DNA from: a virus | Lineage: Duplodnaviria; Caudoviricetes | Virus record (IMG/VR): IMGVR_UViG_3300046011_010503 | Coordinates: 1-54,007 of that record | DNA: 54,007 nucleotides | Direction: 5' to 3' (one strand) | Shown: positions 44,308-52,881 of the stretch, one piece after another | How positions within the stretch are numbered: the stretch's first letter is position 1 | How the letters are laid out: the number at the start of each line of letters is the position of its first letter | Notes under the pieces: generated by a model | The model's input: the letters and a program-made list of their open reading frames with translations, nothing else | Told to the model about the DNA's origin: nothing | Databases searched by the model: none | Position numbers and translations under genes: made by a program

Positions 44308-44902
44308 GAATCCCCCATTTCTGTTCAAATGTTGCCTTGTTTTTATCCCAGAACTCTCCGGTCTGGTTTTTCATTTCGTTGATATGCACAACCCGGCACC
44401 CCTCCACAATCGCAAATCTACCGCCCGGGTGCCGCCGACGCAGCTGCATCAGAAAGTCGTCATCCTCAAACCCACTCCCCACAAACGCCTCATCAAACCG
44501 CAAGTCCTCATTTCGGAACGCGACACATGCTGTCGGGAGTTTCGGAACGATTGTTATTCCAGTGGTGCCAGGTACCCCTTGATCGGCACCCATCATAAGC
44601 GCTGGGGACCAATCGGTTTTAATAAGTCGTGCGGATACCATCAGCAGTGTGTCATCAGCCAGTAGGGCATCAACCAGGGCATTGTGCCACTTTGGATAAA
44701 ACCCGCACAGATCATCGTCACACATCACCACAATATCGGCCGCCGATCGGTTTAGGCAGCAGTTGCGGTTATGGGCGGCACTCCCCTTACTCGAGTGGAC
44801 AATAACCCTATCCGGCCAGCAGAATCCCTCCAGGTCGCAAATAACCGGGGAAACATCCTCTGCGCTTTTGATGGTCGGCACTAGAATTTCAACAGTGAGC
44901 AT
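44300..44902 (-). CDS. GT2 family glycosyltransferase
   Basis: ILVPT, AHNRN, MCDDD, FDEAFVGSGFEDDDF; start re-set to MLTVE. Confidence 0.85.
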   Translation of the reverse strand: MLTVEILVPTIKSAEDVSPVICDLEGFCWPDRVIVHSSKGSAAHNRNCCLNRSAADIVVMCDDDLCGFYPKWHNALVDALLADDTLLMVSARLIKTDWSPALMMGADQGVPGTTGITIVPKLPTACVAFRNEDLRFDEAFVGSGFEDDDFLMQLRRRHPGGRFAIVEGCRVVHINEMKNQTGEFWDKNKATFEQKWGIHA

Positions 44903-44903
44903 A

Positions 44904-45314
44904 TTACACATACCTCTTTTTCTTTTTATCCCACCGGTACCCGCAGGCAGGCCCAAGAATTGAATTGCGAGAAAAACCTTCATACTCTTTGTCCATACAA
45001 TATGGGTATGCCTCGCAAGCCATCGGTTTTTTATTGGTGTCGTGCAACTGGCATTGGCGGATCAGCATCAGATCGTCACCGCCCACACACACTTTAGTCT
45101 CTTTTACAACCGGGCCAACAAACGAATGGCACAACTGCTTGCAGTCATGCGGCACCGCAACTAGCTGCATTTTTCCATCCACCGACACAGCGTGAGACCG
45201 CAGCCCTCTAGCCTCAATCCATCGATTACTGATCATGTCGGAGCCCATGAGCATTAAAATGTTCTCGCAGCACCACCCACACTGGTTACACGGCACTGGA
45301 ATACCCCTTCTCAA
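44904..45314 (-). CDS. YkgJ/CxxCxxCC Fe-S or Zn cluster protein
   Basis: CNQCGWCC...C...CQLH...KPMACEAYP. Confidence 0.75.
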   Translation of the reverse strand: MRRGIPVPCNQCGWCCENILMLMGSDMISNRWIEARGLRSHAVSVDGKMQLVAVPHDCKQLCHSFVGPVVKETKVCVGGDDLMLIRQCQLHDTNKKPMACEAYPYCMDKEYEGFSRNSILGPACGYRWDKKKKRYV

Positions 45315-45618
45315 AAACCTTCCACCAAAACTTATATATCACAAGTAAAGCCGTTGTATCGCTGGTCCTAATGCGCTTTGTGGTGATTGAGAATTTTTTG
45401 AGCCAATCCTGCTTGAACATAATGCCTAGGCGCAGCGCCCAAGTAGGAACATGTTGCTGCAGTTCTCGGACCCAATCCGGCCCCATCTGCATTACCAGAT
45501 TGTTCCAGTGACGACTCCTGACTTGCTCTTTTTTCATTGCGTTGTACATTTCAATGGACCACTCTTTATTGTCCTTCATCGCTTTACGCCGCATTGCACG
45601 ATTACTCATACCATCCAC
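45286..45618 (-). CDS. Hypothetical basic protein
   Basis: Overlaps the TerL stop; NRAMRR start. Confidence 0.55.
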   Translation of the reverse strand: MDGMSNRAMRRKAMKDNKEWSIEMYNAMKKEQVRSRHWNNLVMQMGPDWVRELQQHVPTWALRLGIMFKQDWLKKFSITTKRIRTSDTTALLVIYKFWWKVFEKGYSSAV

Positions 45619-47744
45619 CCACCTTCTGCTTTGGTTTGCGTTACTGACTCAGGTGCGTTTAATTTATTCAAAACATTTGTTTTTCTTATTGAGTATGACT
45701 CAAGCTTCAAATCAGTTTTTTCCATATGCCCTCGCTCTTTTAAATACCCAACCGCATTGCAAAGTGCCCTGCAAAGCCCAAACCCTTTTGCTGCAGGTCG
45801 CCCAGCCTCAATAATCCACGACGACATTTGTCGGGCAGTCTCCCCGCAGCGAGAATTAATGATGACCAGCTTATTGAAGATCATTTGAGAAATCAACGTT
45901 ATTGAGCCTGGCTCGTCATATCCAATATTGTCTACAATATTTATCTTTTTTTTCAGATATCCATTTGACATACTGTCTTTGGTGTAGTTGCCACTAGAGC
46001 TGTTTGTTTTGGCAGCAAACATCAGCGGGCTGCCAAGCCAAGTGTGCTTTTGCATTGTTTTTAAATGACCCTTAGACACCGATCTCACGTTTGCCTCAAC
46101 AACAGGGACCACAATATCGGGCATAGACGTCGGGTTTACCACTTCACAATAAACCCACAATTGTCCGGCGTTTGCGTTCCACATTGCCAGTATTATTGAT
46201 GTTGTGAAATCATCCTCAACCCATTGACTGCATATCAGCTTTGAATGAGAGGAGAGGTTTGCGAAATTAACCGCAAAACTCATCGTTTCCCCGTTATAAA
46301 TAGACCACACATGAGCAATATTTGGAGCGTGCGTTTCGTAGGCTACAACCATGGCGTCCGCAATATCGTCGTGAGCGGCACCAGGGACAAGACCAACCTC
46401 TTCTAAAAAATCAGTGTTCCACGACGCTCTTTTTAGGTAAACGTTCCCAGCCTCAAAAGCAGCCTGCAAAACTTCCCACTTCGATCTTTTATCCCCTGGC
46501 AACTGCAATTTTTTGACGACTCGCAGTCCGTGCAGGGCGTTTGACAGTGTGGTGTAGCAGTCTTTGTATCCTCCAAAAGCTTCAACTCCGATTGTTATCG
46601 CACCATCAGCAATGGCGGTAGCCTTGATTGTTTTGTCTCTTTGCGGTGCATCCCACCGGCCACGGACCATGTCATCGATATAAACGGTTGGTATTTTTTC
46701 CCCGTTAGGCAGCTGCTGCCACCGGACACCAAGTTTGATTCCGACCGTATAATCCGGATCCTCTTTGTCTACGGTCTTTTTCGTGCTAGCCAAATCCCAT
46801 CCTCGGCAATACACAATATCCCTAGGCATCTGAGCCGGCTGGATATATTCAATCCGGTCCGTTTTGAAAAATGCCCCTTCACGTCCGATCGGCTCACACT
46901 GCAGCAATCCGGCAACCGAGTACGCCGGACGAGCAAACTGCCCCCGGTACCACTCGAGAGAATACCGCTCTGGAAACAAATACCCGCTAGGATAAACGTC
47001 AGATCTTGCTGGGAATTTTAGCTCTTCGAATTTTGGGAAATCTGGATTTTCTTTCATATTTCGGGCAATTCGCCCGAACGGATCATCGATATGCCATGGG
47101 GTTGCTAGAATAATCATTATGTGGACCGGAGCCAGACGGGAGCGAATATCATCCTCAATGCTCTCCCACACCTTATCACGGATCCGAGAGCTCTCAGCCT
47201 CTTCACGACCCTTGAAAAAATCGTCTACAATGGCCAGGGAGCCACCTTTACCGGTAATCGATCCACGGATACCAACCCAGCGAGCCTGCCCCTGGCGCCC
47301 CTCGACGCCCCAATTTTTAACACTAGCATCAGTGCTTGATAGTTTTACTCCCGGGAACACCGCGCGATACCGCTCATCGAGCATTATGTTGCGGGCAAAG
47401 CGAGAGAATCCCTCAACCAGCGAGCTCGTGTATGCAGCAACAATTATCTCCTCGTCGGGAAACAGCCCGAGAAACCTCGGGGGAAAATAGCGGGAAATAA
47501 TATCACTCTTACCGTGGCGAAATGGAACCTTGACAATTAGGTAGGTGCTCTTCCCATTGCGAAAATCTTCTATCGCCTTGTCCAGTCTATCGCATATTTT
47601 TTGCGTATGGTATCCGACAACCATCGGGCGAGAGCGAACCTGCCAGAGATATTGCATAAAGTAGAGCTGTGTCCGGCGGGCGAGCTCACCTTTAATGGCT
47701 TGCGTAGTAGGCATTGTGATATTTGGGTTGATTTTCTGCATCAC
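45606..47744 (-). CDS. terL: Terminase large subunit with extra C-terminal domain
   Basis: PFRHGKS (Walker A), IVDD (Walker B), ATPWH.DD, GWDLA, DYTVG, HDDIADA. Confidence 0.92.
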   Translation of the reverse strand: MMQKINPNITMPTTQAIKGELARRTQLYFMQYLWQVRSRPMVVGYHTQKICDRLDKAIEDFRNGKSTYLIVKVPFRHGKSDIISRYFPPRFLGLFPDEEIIVAAYTSSLVEGFSRFARNIMLDERYRAVFPGVKLSSTDASVKNWGVEGRQGQARWVGIRGSITGKGGSLAIVDDFFKGREEAESSRIRDKVWESIEDDIRSRLAPVHIMIILATPWHIDDPFGRIARNMKENPDFPKFEELKFPARSDVYPSGYLFPERYSLEWYRGQFARPAYSVAGLLQCEPIGREGAFFKTDRIEYIQPAQMPRDIVYCRGWDLASTKKTVDKEDPDYTVGIKLGVRWQQLPNGEKIPTVYIDDMVRGRWDAPQRDKTIKATAIADGAITIGVEAFGGYKDCYTTLSNALHGLRVVKKLQLPGDKRSKWEVLQAAFEAGNVYLKRASWNTDFLEEVGLVPGAAHDDIADAMVVAYETHAPNIAHVWSIYNGETMSFAVNFANLSSHSKLICSQWVEDDFTTSIILAMWNANAGQLWVYCEVVNPTSMPDIVVPVVEANVRSVSKGHLKTMQKHTWLGSPLMFAAKTNSSSGNYTKDSMSNGYLKKKINIVDNIGYDEPGSITLISQMIFNKLVIINSRCGETARQMSSWIIEAGRPAAKGFGLCRALCNAVGYLKERGHMEKTDLKLESYSIRKTNVLNKLNAPESVTQTKAEGGWMV

Positions 47745-48436
47745 CCAGATACCTTTTCTGCCAAAGCAAGAAATACTTTCAGCTCTTCCGAAGACAGCTT
47801 TGACAAATCCATATTATTGAGTCCGACCCCTGCAGCTGCAACAGGGGCAGCATCTTCTTTAAACATACCCAAGTGTTTTCCCATCAGCTCAAGCGGTCCT
47901 TTTTTGTCGTGCAGCTCAAGCTTAATTGTTTGCCCGCATATTTGGCCAAGTGGGTTTATATCCTGTTTTACTTCAACTTTTTTAATTGCCCGGGTTGCAG
48001 TTCCCAGCATCTGTGTCGGCACAACTTTTACAGCATACAAGTCAGCCGAGTCAGTTGTCTCATCTCCATTTTCGCTGGGTGCGGCGGGCCCCCAACTCAA
48101 ATAGTTGCCCATATCTGAAAATCCGCAGGCTGCCAGGTGCGCTAGAACTTTGTCCGTCGTTGGAGTCATCTCTTCTATATTGCTCTTTCTCCAACTATCT
48201 ATTCTGTGAATAAGCTCAGTATTTACGCTTTGAGTATGCAGCATAGATTGAGCTTTATCATAAGCTGACCTGAAAATCTCGTTTGGCCACATTCTACGAG
48301 CAACCTCCGAGAGGTTTCCTTTTGCCTGGATGTAAAACTCAACGAATTGTTTTTTTTCAGCTATAGCAAGAAGTGCCTTTGGTCCACACACAAAGGGCTT
48401 GCTTTTTGTTTTTTTTGATGCGGGCTTTTTAATCAT
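47741..48436 (-). CDS. terS: Terminase small subunit
   Basis: FVEFY...NLSEVARR HTH, VLAHLAACGFSD, IKLELHDKKGPLELMGKHLGMF; ATGA overlap with terL; start at 48436 preferred (48517 possible). Confidence 0.85.
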   Translation of the reverse strand: MIKKPASKKTKSKPFVCGPKALLAIAEKKQFVEFYIQAKGNLSEVARRMWPNEIFRSAYDKAQSMLHTQSVNTELIHRIDSWRKSNIEEMTPTTDKVLAHLAACGFSDMGNYLSWGPAAPSENGDETTDSADLYAVKVVPTQMLGTATRAIKKVEVKQDINPLGQICGQTIKLELHDKKGPLELMGKHLGMFKEDAAPVAAAGVGLNNMDLSKLSSEELKVFLALAEKVSG

Positions 48437-48573
48437 CTGCGCTTCCTGCGCTTTAGTTAAAACGGATACTCGAAGGTGGCAAGGGGTTGATAAAAAAGTA
48501 CCACCTCCGAGGTCCATGAGTTCTTAATATACTAAATAATTTTATAAAAGCTATAATTATTTTTATTTTTTCA

Positions 48574-48602
48574 TTGCAAAACCATATCTTTATCGCTATA
48601 TT
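48574..48602 (+). promoter_or_regulatory. Sigma70-type promoter of the divergent plus-strand operon
   Basis: TTGCAA-17 nt-TATATT, followed by AGGAGG and ATG 48633. Confidence 0.7.
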
Positions 48603-48632
48603 AACATTAATCAATCACACTCAGGAGGGCAC

Positions 48633-48773
48633 ATGCTTTACATGCTCATAACAAACACAGCGACTGACAAGTTCTTTTTTATTCCATGGAATGGATTGTC
48701 ATCAATTTCAGACAAGATTGCTGAGAGGCAACCAAAGTACATAACCTTTGAAGAAGTGGTGGTATCCTTTTGA
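48633..48773 (+). CDS. 46-aa hypothetical protein
   Basis: Strong AGGAGG RBS; MLYMLITNTATDKFF... Confidence 0.55.
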   Translation: MLYMLITNTATDKFFFIPWNGLSSISDKIAERQPKYITFEEVVVSF

Positions 48774-48880
48774 TTTCGAAAAACAATAACGCTGACTGCC
48801 TCATTGTCGGGCTTTTCTTTCTCTTGCTTGCGGGAGCCGTTGCTGTAGGATACGCAATTGGGACCATATTGCCCTTATGA
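48770..48880 (+). CDS. 36-aa single-TM peptide
   Basis: TTGA overlap; LIVGLFFLLLAGAVAVGYAIGTILPL. Confidence 0.4.
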   Translation: MISKNNNADCLIVGLFFLLLAGAVAVGYAIGTILPL

Positions 48881-48991
48881 AATCTAATAAGGGAATTACC
48901 AGCTGTTGGTATTGCGGGACTCGTGTTGGGTTACAGCAGGGGTTTAGACATAAGTATAAAGTTTGCGCATATCACGCAAGAGAGGAGGAGA

Positions 48992-49162
48992 ATGAAAATA
49001 TTGAGCTGCAAAGAATTTGCGGAACGATTGGGAGTCAGTGCAGTGAGGGCTCGCCAGCTGTGTGCAGCGGGTAGAGTTAAAGGTGCAGAAAAAAAAGCGC
49101 ATGACTGGATTATTCCAGCCGGCGCTAAAGACCCAAGACGAAAGGTAAAGTGTGCAAAATAA
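48992..49162 (+). CDS. Excisionase/HTH_17-like DNA-binding protein
   Basis: GGAGGAG RBS; LSCKEFAERLGVSAVRARQLCAAGRVKGAEK...WIIP. Confidence 0.8.
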   Translation: MKILSCKEFAERLGVSAVRARQLCAAGRVKGAEKKAHDWIIPAGAKDPRRKVKCAK

Positions 49163-49355
49163 AAACAATCTATCCGAATGCGCTTCATGTTTAGATAAAA
49201 CTAACTGTGAACTAAATTCTGGTTACTGCAAAAAACCAAAATACTTCAATGAAACTTTACTGATTGAAGACGAGCACACCGGCATACAAACAACAACGCA
49301 GTACCTGGTAAAATTCAATGGCGGACCAATGGGCTTAAGGAGGGGAGGTGATTAG
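49152..49355 (+). CDS. Hypothetical protein
   Basis: Overlaps HTH gene stop; CxxC...C...C. Confidence 0.45.
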   Translation: MQNKNNLSECASCLDKTNCELNSGYCKKPKYFNETLLIEDEHTGIQTTTQYLVKFNGGPMGLRRGGD

Positions 49356-49791
49356 CCCAGGCGTTACATACTTTTTTTCCAGAAACGTCACTCATCATAG
49401 AAGCTGAAACCCCCATTAGGTGACACTTTTTGTATTTATTTACCTTACATCCAAAAAAACAATTTCCGCAATTTTCATGTCCATCAGCTGTTCGATAATT
49501 CTTTTCCTGCTTAAACCGAGTGTATGGGCTTTTTGCCGGATCCACTATTTTAGTGTCTCCGCCAAACAAGTCTGGACCAGTAACTTCATCCTTTTTTTTA
49601 TAACTCTTTTTTATTTCACGACGCATCTGCAATGATCCGTCTTGATTGTCCCATACCGATCCACACGGAGAATCGTCAAAACCCGAGATAACAAACCAGT
49701 TAGGCACAACTACTTTTCCTGACTGAGTTACCAACTCTATTGAGTGTTGATTTTTTTTAACTATGTGATAAACGGTGTTTTTAAGAACCAT
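49315..49791 (-). CDS. Hypothetical protein with C-terminal 4-Cys cluster
   Basis: YR...CGNC...KCHL...VCNAW. Confidence 0.6.
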   Translation of the reverse strand: MVLKNTVYHIVKKNQHSIELVTQSGKVVVPNWFVISGFDDSPCGSVWDNQDGSLQMRREIKKSYKKKDEVTGPDLFGGDTKIVDPAKSPYTRFKQEKNYRTADGHENCGNCFFGCKVNKYKKCHLMGVSASMMSDVSGKKVCNAWANHLPSLSPLVRH

Positions 49792-49981
49792 GATTAACGC
49801 TGCGCTCGCTCAAATCAGTAAAATCATATTTTTCACGATGTAAAACACTTAACTTTGGTCGCATCTGCAACCCTTTTTTATTGTAATCAACCAGCTCCAT
49901 ATGAGAGTCAGGTTTTGGCGCTTTGCTAACTGGCATGAACCTTCCAGCAACAACCTCTTCCTCGTATTTTAGAGTCACCAT
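49781..49981 (-). CDS. Hypothetical protein
   Basis: Overlapping start/stop coupling with neighbours. Confidence 0.5.
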   Translation of the reverse strand: MVTLKYEEEVVAGRFMPVSKAPKPDSHMELVDYNKKGLQMRPKLSVLHREKYDFTDLSERSVNHGS

Positions 49982-50400
49982 TTAACCGAATCCCCATCCT
50001 TACAAAACCCAGGCACCGGCCACTTCATAAATTTAACCTTGCCACCCTTTACCCATGCCAAGTACGTTTCAGTGCCTTGTATTTTTGAGTGACACGTCAA
50101 TGTTGCAGCTTGCCCAATGCCTCCCATGGTGGGTTTTCGAAGGCAGGACCACGGGAGATTTCCGGAATCATGTTTTTTAACTTCAACGAGAACGGATCCA
50201 CCTTTCGAGTTGATTGCTCGGATATCTCCGGATACTGTTTTTTTTGCGTAGTATTTTACACCTTCAGTTGTAAGCTTGGCTCTCAAGGCGGTATTTACTT
50301 GCTCAATAAACAAATATCCAGCAACTCTCATTTGAGCTGCAACAATCTCCTCTCCAACCGATCCACTTTTTTGACGAAGTTTTTGAAAATTAATAGCCAC
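49975..50400 (-). CDS. PD-(D/E)xK nuclease, Holliday-junction-resolvase-like
   Basis: G..GEE, SGDIRA...VLVEVKK, Q...L. Confidence 0.7.
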   Translation of the reverse strand: MAINFQKLRQKSGSVGEEIVAAQMRVAGYLFIEQVNTALRAKLTTEGVKYYAKKTVSGDIRAINSKGGSVLVEVKKHDSGNLPWSCLRKPTMGGIGQAATLTCHSKIQGTETYLAWVKGGKVKFMKWPVPGFCKDGDSVKW

Positions 50401-50674
50401 AATCTGACCACACCTTATCCATTCGAATGTTTTTGTGTGATAGCATCACATCATAAGTATCGCCTTTTTTCCAAAACATTTCCTTTACAATCCACCCTCG
50501 CTGCAATAACAAGCGCTCTTCTCGCCGCATTAATCTAGCCTTTGCGTATGATTTTATTTTAGTACCGGGTTCTGGTCGAAACCCTTTTACTAATTTAATG
50601 AACAACCGTTTTTTCATATTACCTCTTACTACTTTCATATTTACGCTCATTATCGATACCCCTGACATCCGCAA
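50390..50674 (-). CDS. Hypothetical basic protein
   Basis: In operon; start uncertain. Confidence 0.45.
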   Translation of the reverse strand: MRMSGVSIMSVNMKVVRGNMKKRLFIKLVKGFRPEPGTKIKSYAKARLMRREERLLLQRGWIVKEMFWKKGDTYDVMLSHKNIRMDKVWSDCGY

Positions 50675-50943
50675 TAAAAATCGTCATGGGACTGCAGCGG
50701 CATTGCCCGGAACATGTGTAATATTTTTGTGGACTTTTTTGCGTTATTACAGCTTGTGCATTTTGCCATTCTAGGAGTCGCTCTTATGTTTACAATTCTA
50801 GTGTGCTTTGGCGGGTTTAAACATGACGGACACACGCTTCTTCTAAACCCATTAACGCTTTTTCGCTCACACTCATTCATTAATCCAAACCAACCACAAG
50901 AGCATTTTACAACAAGGGTTTGCGTTTTCCAGTCTATGCTCAT
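50650..50943 (-). CDS. Zn-finger protein
   Basis: CSCGW, CPSC, CTSC, DDFYCGCQGY; ATGA overlap. Confidence 0.6.
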   Translation of the reverse strand: MSIDWKTQTLVVKCSCGWFGLMNECERKSVNGFRRSVCPSCLNPPKHTRIVNIRATPRMAKCTSCNNAKKSTKILHMFRAMPLQSHDDFYCGCQGYR

Positions 50944-51506
50944 AAAACACTACTTTCTGGAAAAATTATTTTTCTTAACGCATCACCGTAGACTCTGAGC
51001 GCTCCTAATGCAGTATTGAATTTATCAATATCCCTTATCTCACACACAGACGTTTTACGTCCCCACCGGCGCTGACCCTGGGAAAGCTTGCCGCCACCAG
51101 TTTTAACGTCCCCCTGGTATGTTAGTGAGAATCCATTGCCTATTGGATAGTAGACAATGAGATCTGGTTTGTTCTTGAACGCCTCGGCAATCTCCTGTTT
51201 GATTTTTAACCCCTGGGCAGTCCCCATTGCCCGGTCAATTGCGATAGATAATTTGTCATCTGGGTTGTAAAACTGAATTAACCGGTAGATTAAATCTGGG
51301 ATATGCAGATAGTCCATACCGGGCTCAGACTGAATCAGCTCGACGCATTTGGAGAGCAAGTCGTTGTGGTCTGGTATTGCGACTGCGTTTCCCTCACAAT
51401 CTGTTTCAGCTGCTTCACGCCTTATTTTAGTAGGAGACTTTTTTAACCGAATTGGTTTTGGGAATGCGACAAATGATGATGGTTTGGGCTGTTCGTATTT
51501 TTTCAT
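50940..51506 (-). CDS. VRR-NUC-like nuclease
   Basis: HIPD, PDLIV, DVKTGGGKLSQGQRRW (D in place of the usual E of ExK). Confidence 0.6.
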   Translation of the reverse strand: MKKYEQPKPSSFVAFPKPIRLKKSPTKIRREAAETDCEGNAVAIPDHNDLLSKCVELIQSEPGMDYLHIPDLIYRLIQFYNPDDKLSIAIDRAMGTAQGLKIKQEIAEAFKNKPDLIVYYPIGNGFSLTYQGDVKTGGGKLSQGQRRWGRKTSVCEIRDIDKFNTALGALRVYGDALRKIIFPESSVL

Positions 51507-51706
51507 TTTGGCTTTTTTCTTAACTCAAGTTCGAATTTAGCAATCTTACTGATAGTTACAGTTTGTTTTACTCTTCCAGCTCCGTCGCACACGCCGCAGC
51601 GATCGTCCCACACGTCCCACTCTCTATGGTGATAATTGGTCAGCTCTCTATTTTCAACCTTACCAGTACCTTTACAATGTTCACAAAGTATTATTTTGAC
51701 TTCCAT
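51503..51706 (-). CDS. DnaJ-type CxxCxGxG zinc-finger protein
   Basis: CEHCKGTG...CGVCDGAG; start re-set to MEVKII. Confidence 0.7.
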   Translation of the reverse strand: MEVKIILCEHCKGTGKVENRELTNYHHREWDVWDDRCGVCDGAGRVKQTVTISKIAKFELELRKKPK

Positions 51707-51936
51707 TTTTTTATTTCTTTCAGAATAATGTTTGTGCAATAAGCCATCATGTGCAATATTTCTCTCTGATCGTAGCAGTGTGGGGCCCTGTGTGCATTTC
51801 CAGAAAAGGTGCATGCACAAATTTTACAAATCCAATGCCCTTTATCTTTTGGATATCCAAGCCCATGTTCATAAAATTCAAGATCGTGCGTTTCAAATTT
51901 GCACGCTTCGCATTCTTCTGGTTTTTCGTTATACAT
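51691..51936 (-). CDS. Small Zn-binding hypothetical protein
   Basis: CEAC...CKIC. Confidence 0.55.
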   Translation of the reverse strand: MYNEKPEECEACKFETHDLEFYEHGLGYPKDKGHWICKICACTFSGNAHRAPHCYDQREILHMMAYCTNIILKEIKKWKSK

Positions 51937-51979
51937 TTTATTATTCCATCAACGACCGATAAATGTTTGAAGTGGAGCG

Positions 51980-52072
51980 CTACATATTGTAAAGGTAAAT
52001 AAACCCTAACACTATAGGAGCTATTAATAGAGCAATAACCATTATTTGAGGCCAACCGTGTAAATCTTCCAT
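51980..52072 (-). CDS. 30-aa single-TM peptide
   Basis: GGAG RBS; MEDLHGWPQIMVIALLIAPIVLGFIYLYNM. Confidence 0.4.
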   Translation of the reverse strand: MEDLHGWPQIMVIALLIAPIVLGFIYLYNM

Positions 52073-52146
52073 AAAATTTAGCTCCATTTTAAACCTTATT
52101 TGTTGGTTGATGTATGCCGAACTTCCATTTGAAGCGGTACCCCGTT

Positions 52147-52464
52147 TTAAGCTGCGCCAGTTGTACGAAGTGCGCTGGCTTCTGCTGTTTCCTGCGGCGC
52201 GTCTTCGTATTTATGTATTTCTTTTTCCCCGTTTGCCCATCCGTCTTCAAAATCAACAACAGGCGAAGAAACCATTTTTGCAAACGGCAAAACATCGCTC
52301 CAGTTCATGTTGTTTTGCGCCCAATCAATAAAGTCAAAATCATCGTAATTATCAAGGTATTCATCATCAATTCCGTTTTCTTTCATATTATCTTCAACAA
52401 TTTTTAATGGAATTTCCCATTTTGAATTGTCTGGCATTTCTACGATCATTTTTCTTTTAAACAT
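52147..52464 (-). CDS. Cassette A gene: acidic hypothetical protein
   Basis: GAGG RBS; MPDNSKWEIP...DWAQNNMNWSDV; flanked by inverted repeats. Confidence 0.75.
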   Translation of the reverse strand: MFKRKMIVEMPDNSKWEIPLKIVEDNMKENGIDDEYLDNYDDFDFIDWAQNNMNWSDVLPFAKMVSSPVVDFEDGWANGEKEIHKYEDAPQETAEASALRTTGAA

Positions 52465-52531
52465 TTAATTCCTCGCTTTTGAATTTGTATTCGCGCCGCC
52501 TCAAAGTTTCCAAAGCCAGCGCATTTTGTAC

Positions 52532-52578
52532 AACGTGGGCCGTACGCACCATCGTTTTAATGTGGTGCTACGGCAGTT
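52532..52578. repeat. attC-like site 2
   Basis: AAC gtgg GCCGTA c GCACCA-11 nt-TGGTGC TACGGC a GTT. Confidence 0.8.
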
Positions 52579-52754
52579 GGTTGATGTTCCGGTTTTGCTT
52601 CCACAGCATTCCGTGGCGCATGGTCGGAACAAATTGTGACTTTAAAACTCCCACCTGCAATTTTTCTTTTAATACAATCGAGAGACGCCGCACACGTTGG
52701 GCACAAATCTTCACCGCCTAAAAAAGCCTTGAGATCCTCCATGTTTTTTCGCAT
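52557..52754 (-). CDS. Cassette B gene: small Cys-containing protein
   Basis: GAGG RBS; CPTC...C...C; flanked by inverted repeats. Confidence 0.6.
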   Translation of the reverse strand: MRKNMEDLKAFLGGEDLCPTCAASLDCIKRKIAGGSFKVTICSDHAPRNAVEAKPEHQPTAVAPH

Positions 52755-52801
52755 TTAGCGCCACCTCAAAGTAAATGGTTTTCAAAACCGGAATTGCAAC
52801 C

Positions 52802-52881
52802 AACGGTTTGCGCAACGCATGCTGATTGCGCCTATAATATTTTTACTACAAATCAAGCGCAATTTGCATGCTTGCGCTGTT
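52802..52881. repeat. attC-like site 3
   Basis: AAC ggttt GCGCAA c GCATGC tg ATTGCGC-loop-GCGCAAT tt GCATGC TTGCGC t GTT. Confidence 0.8.

Noticed and set aside
45606-47744. Intein as the cause of the long TerL
   Set aside because: No intein splice motifs or LAGLIDADG blocks; the extra length is a C-terminal extension.
246-48213. Numerous plus-strand ORFs in the track
   Set aside because: They are antisense shadows of long minus-strand genes, without RBS or recognisable motifs.
51951-51963. AACgaccGATAAA resembling partial site 5 (AACgtttGATAAA at 53929)
   Set aside because: No complementary arm or GTT partner found; may be a decayed site but cannot be supported.
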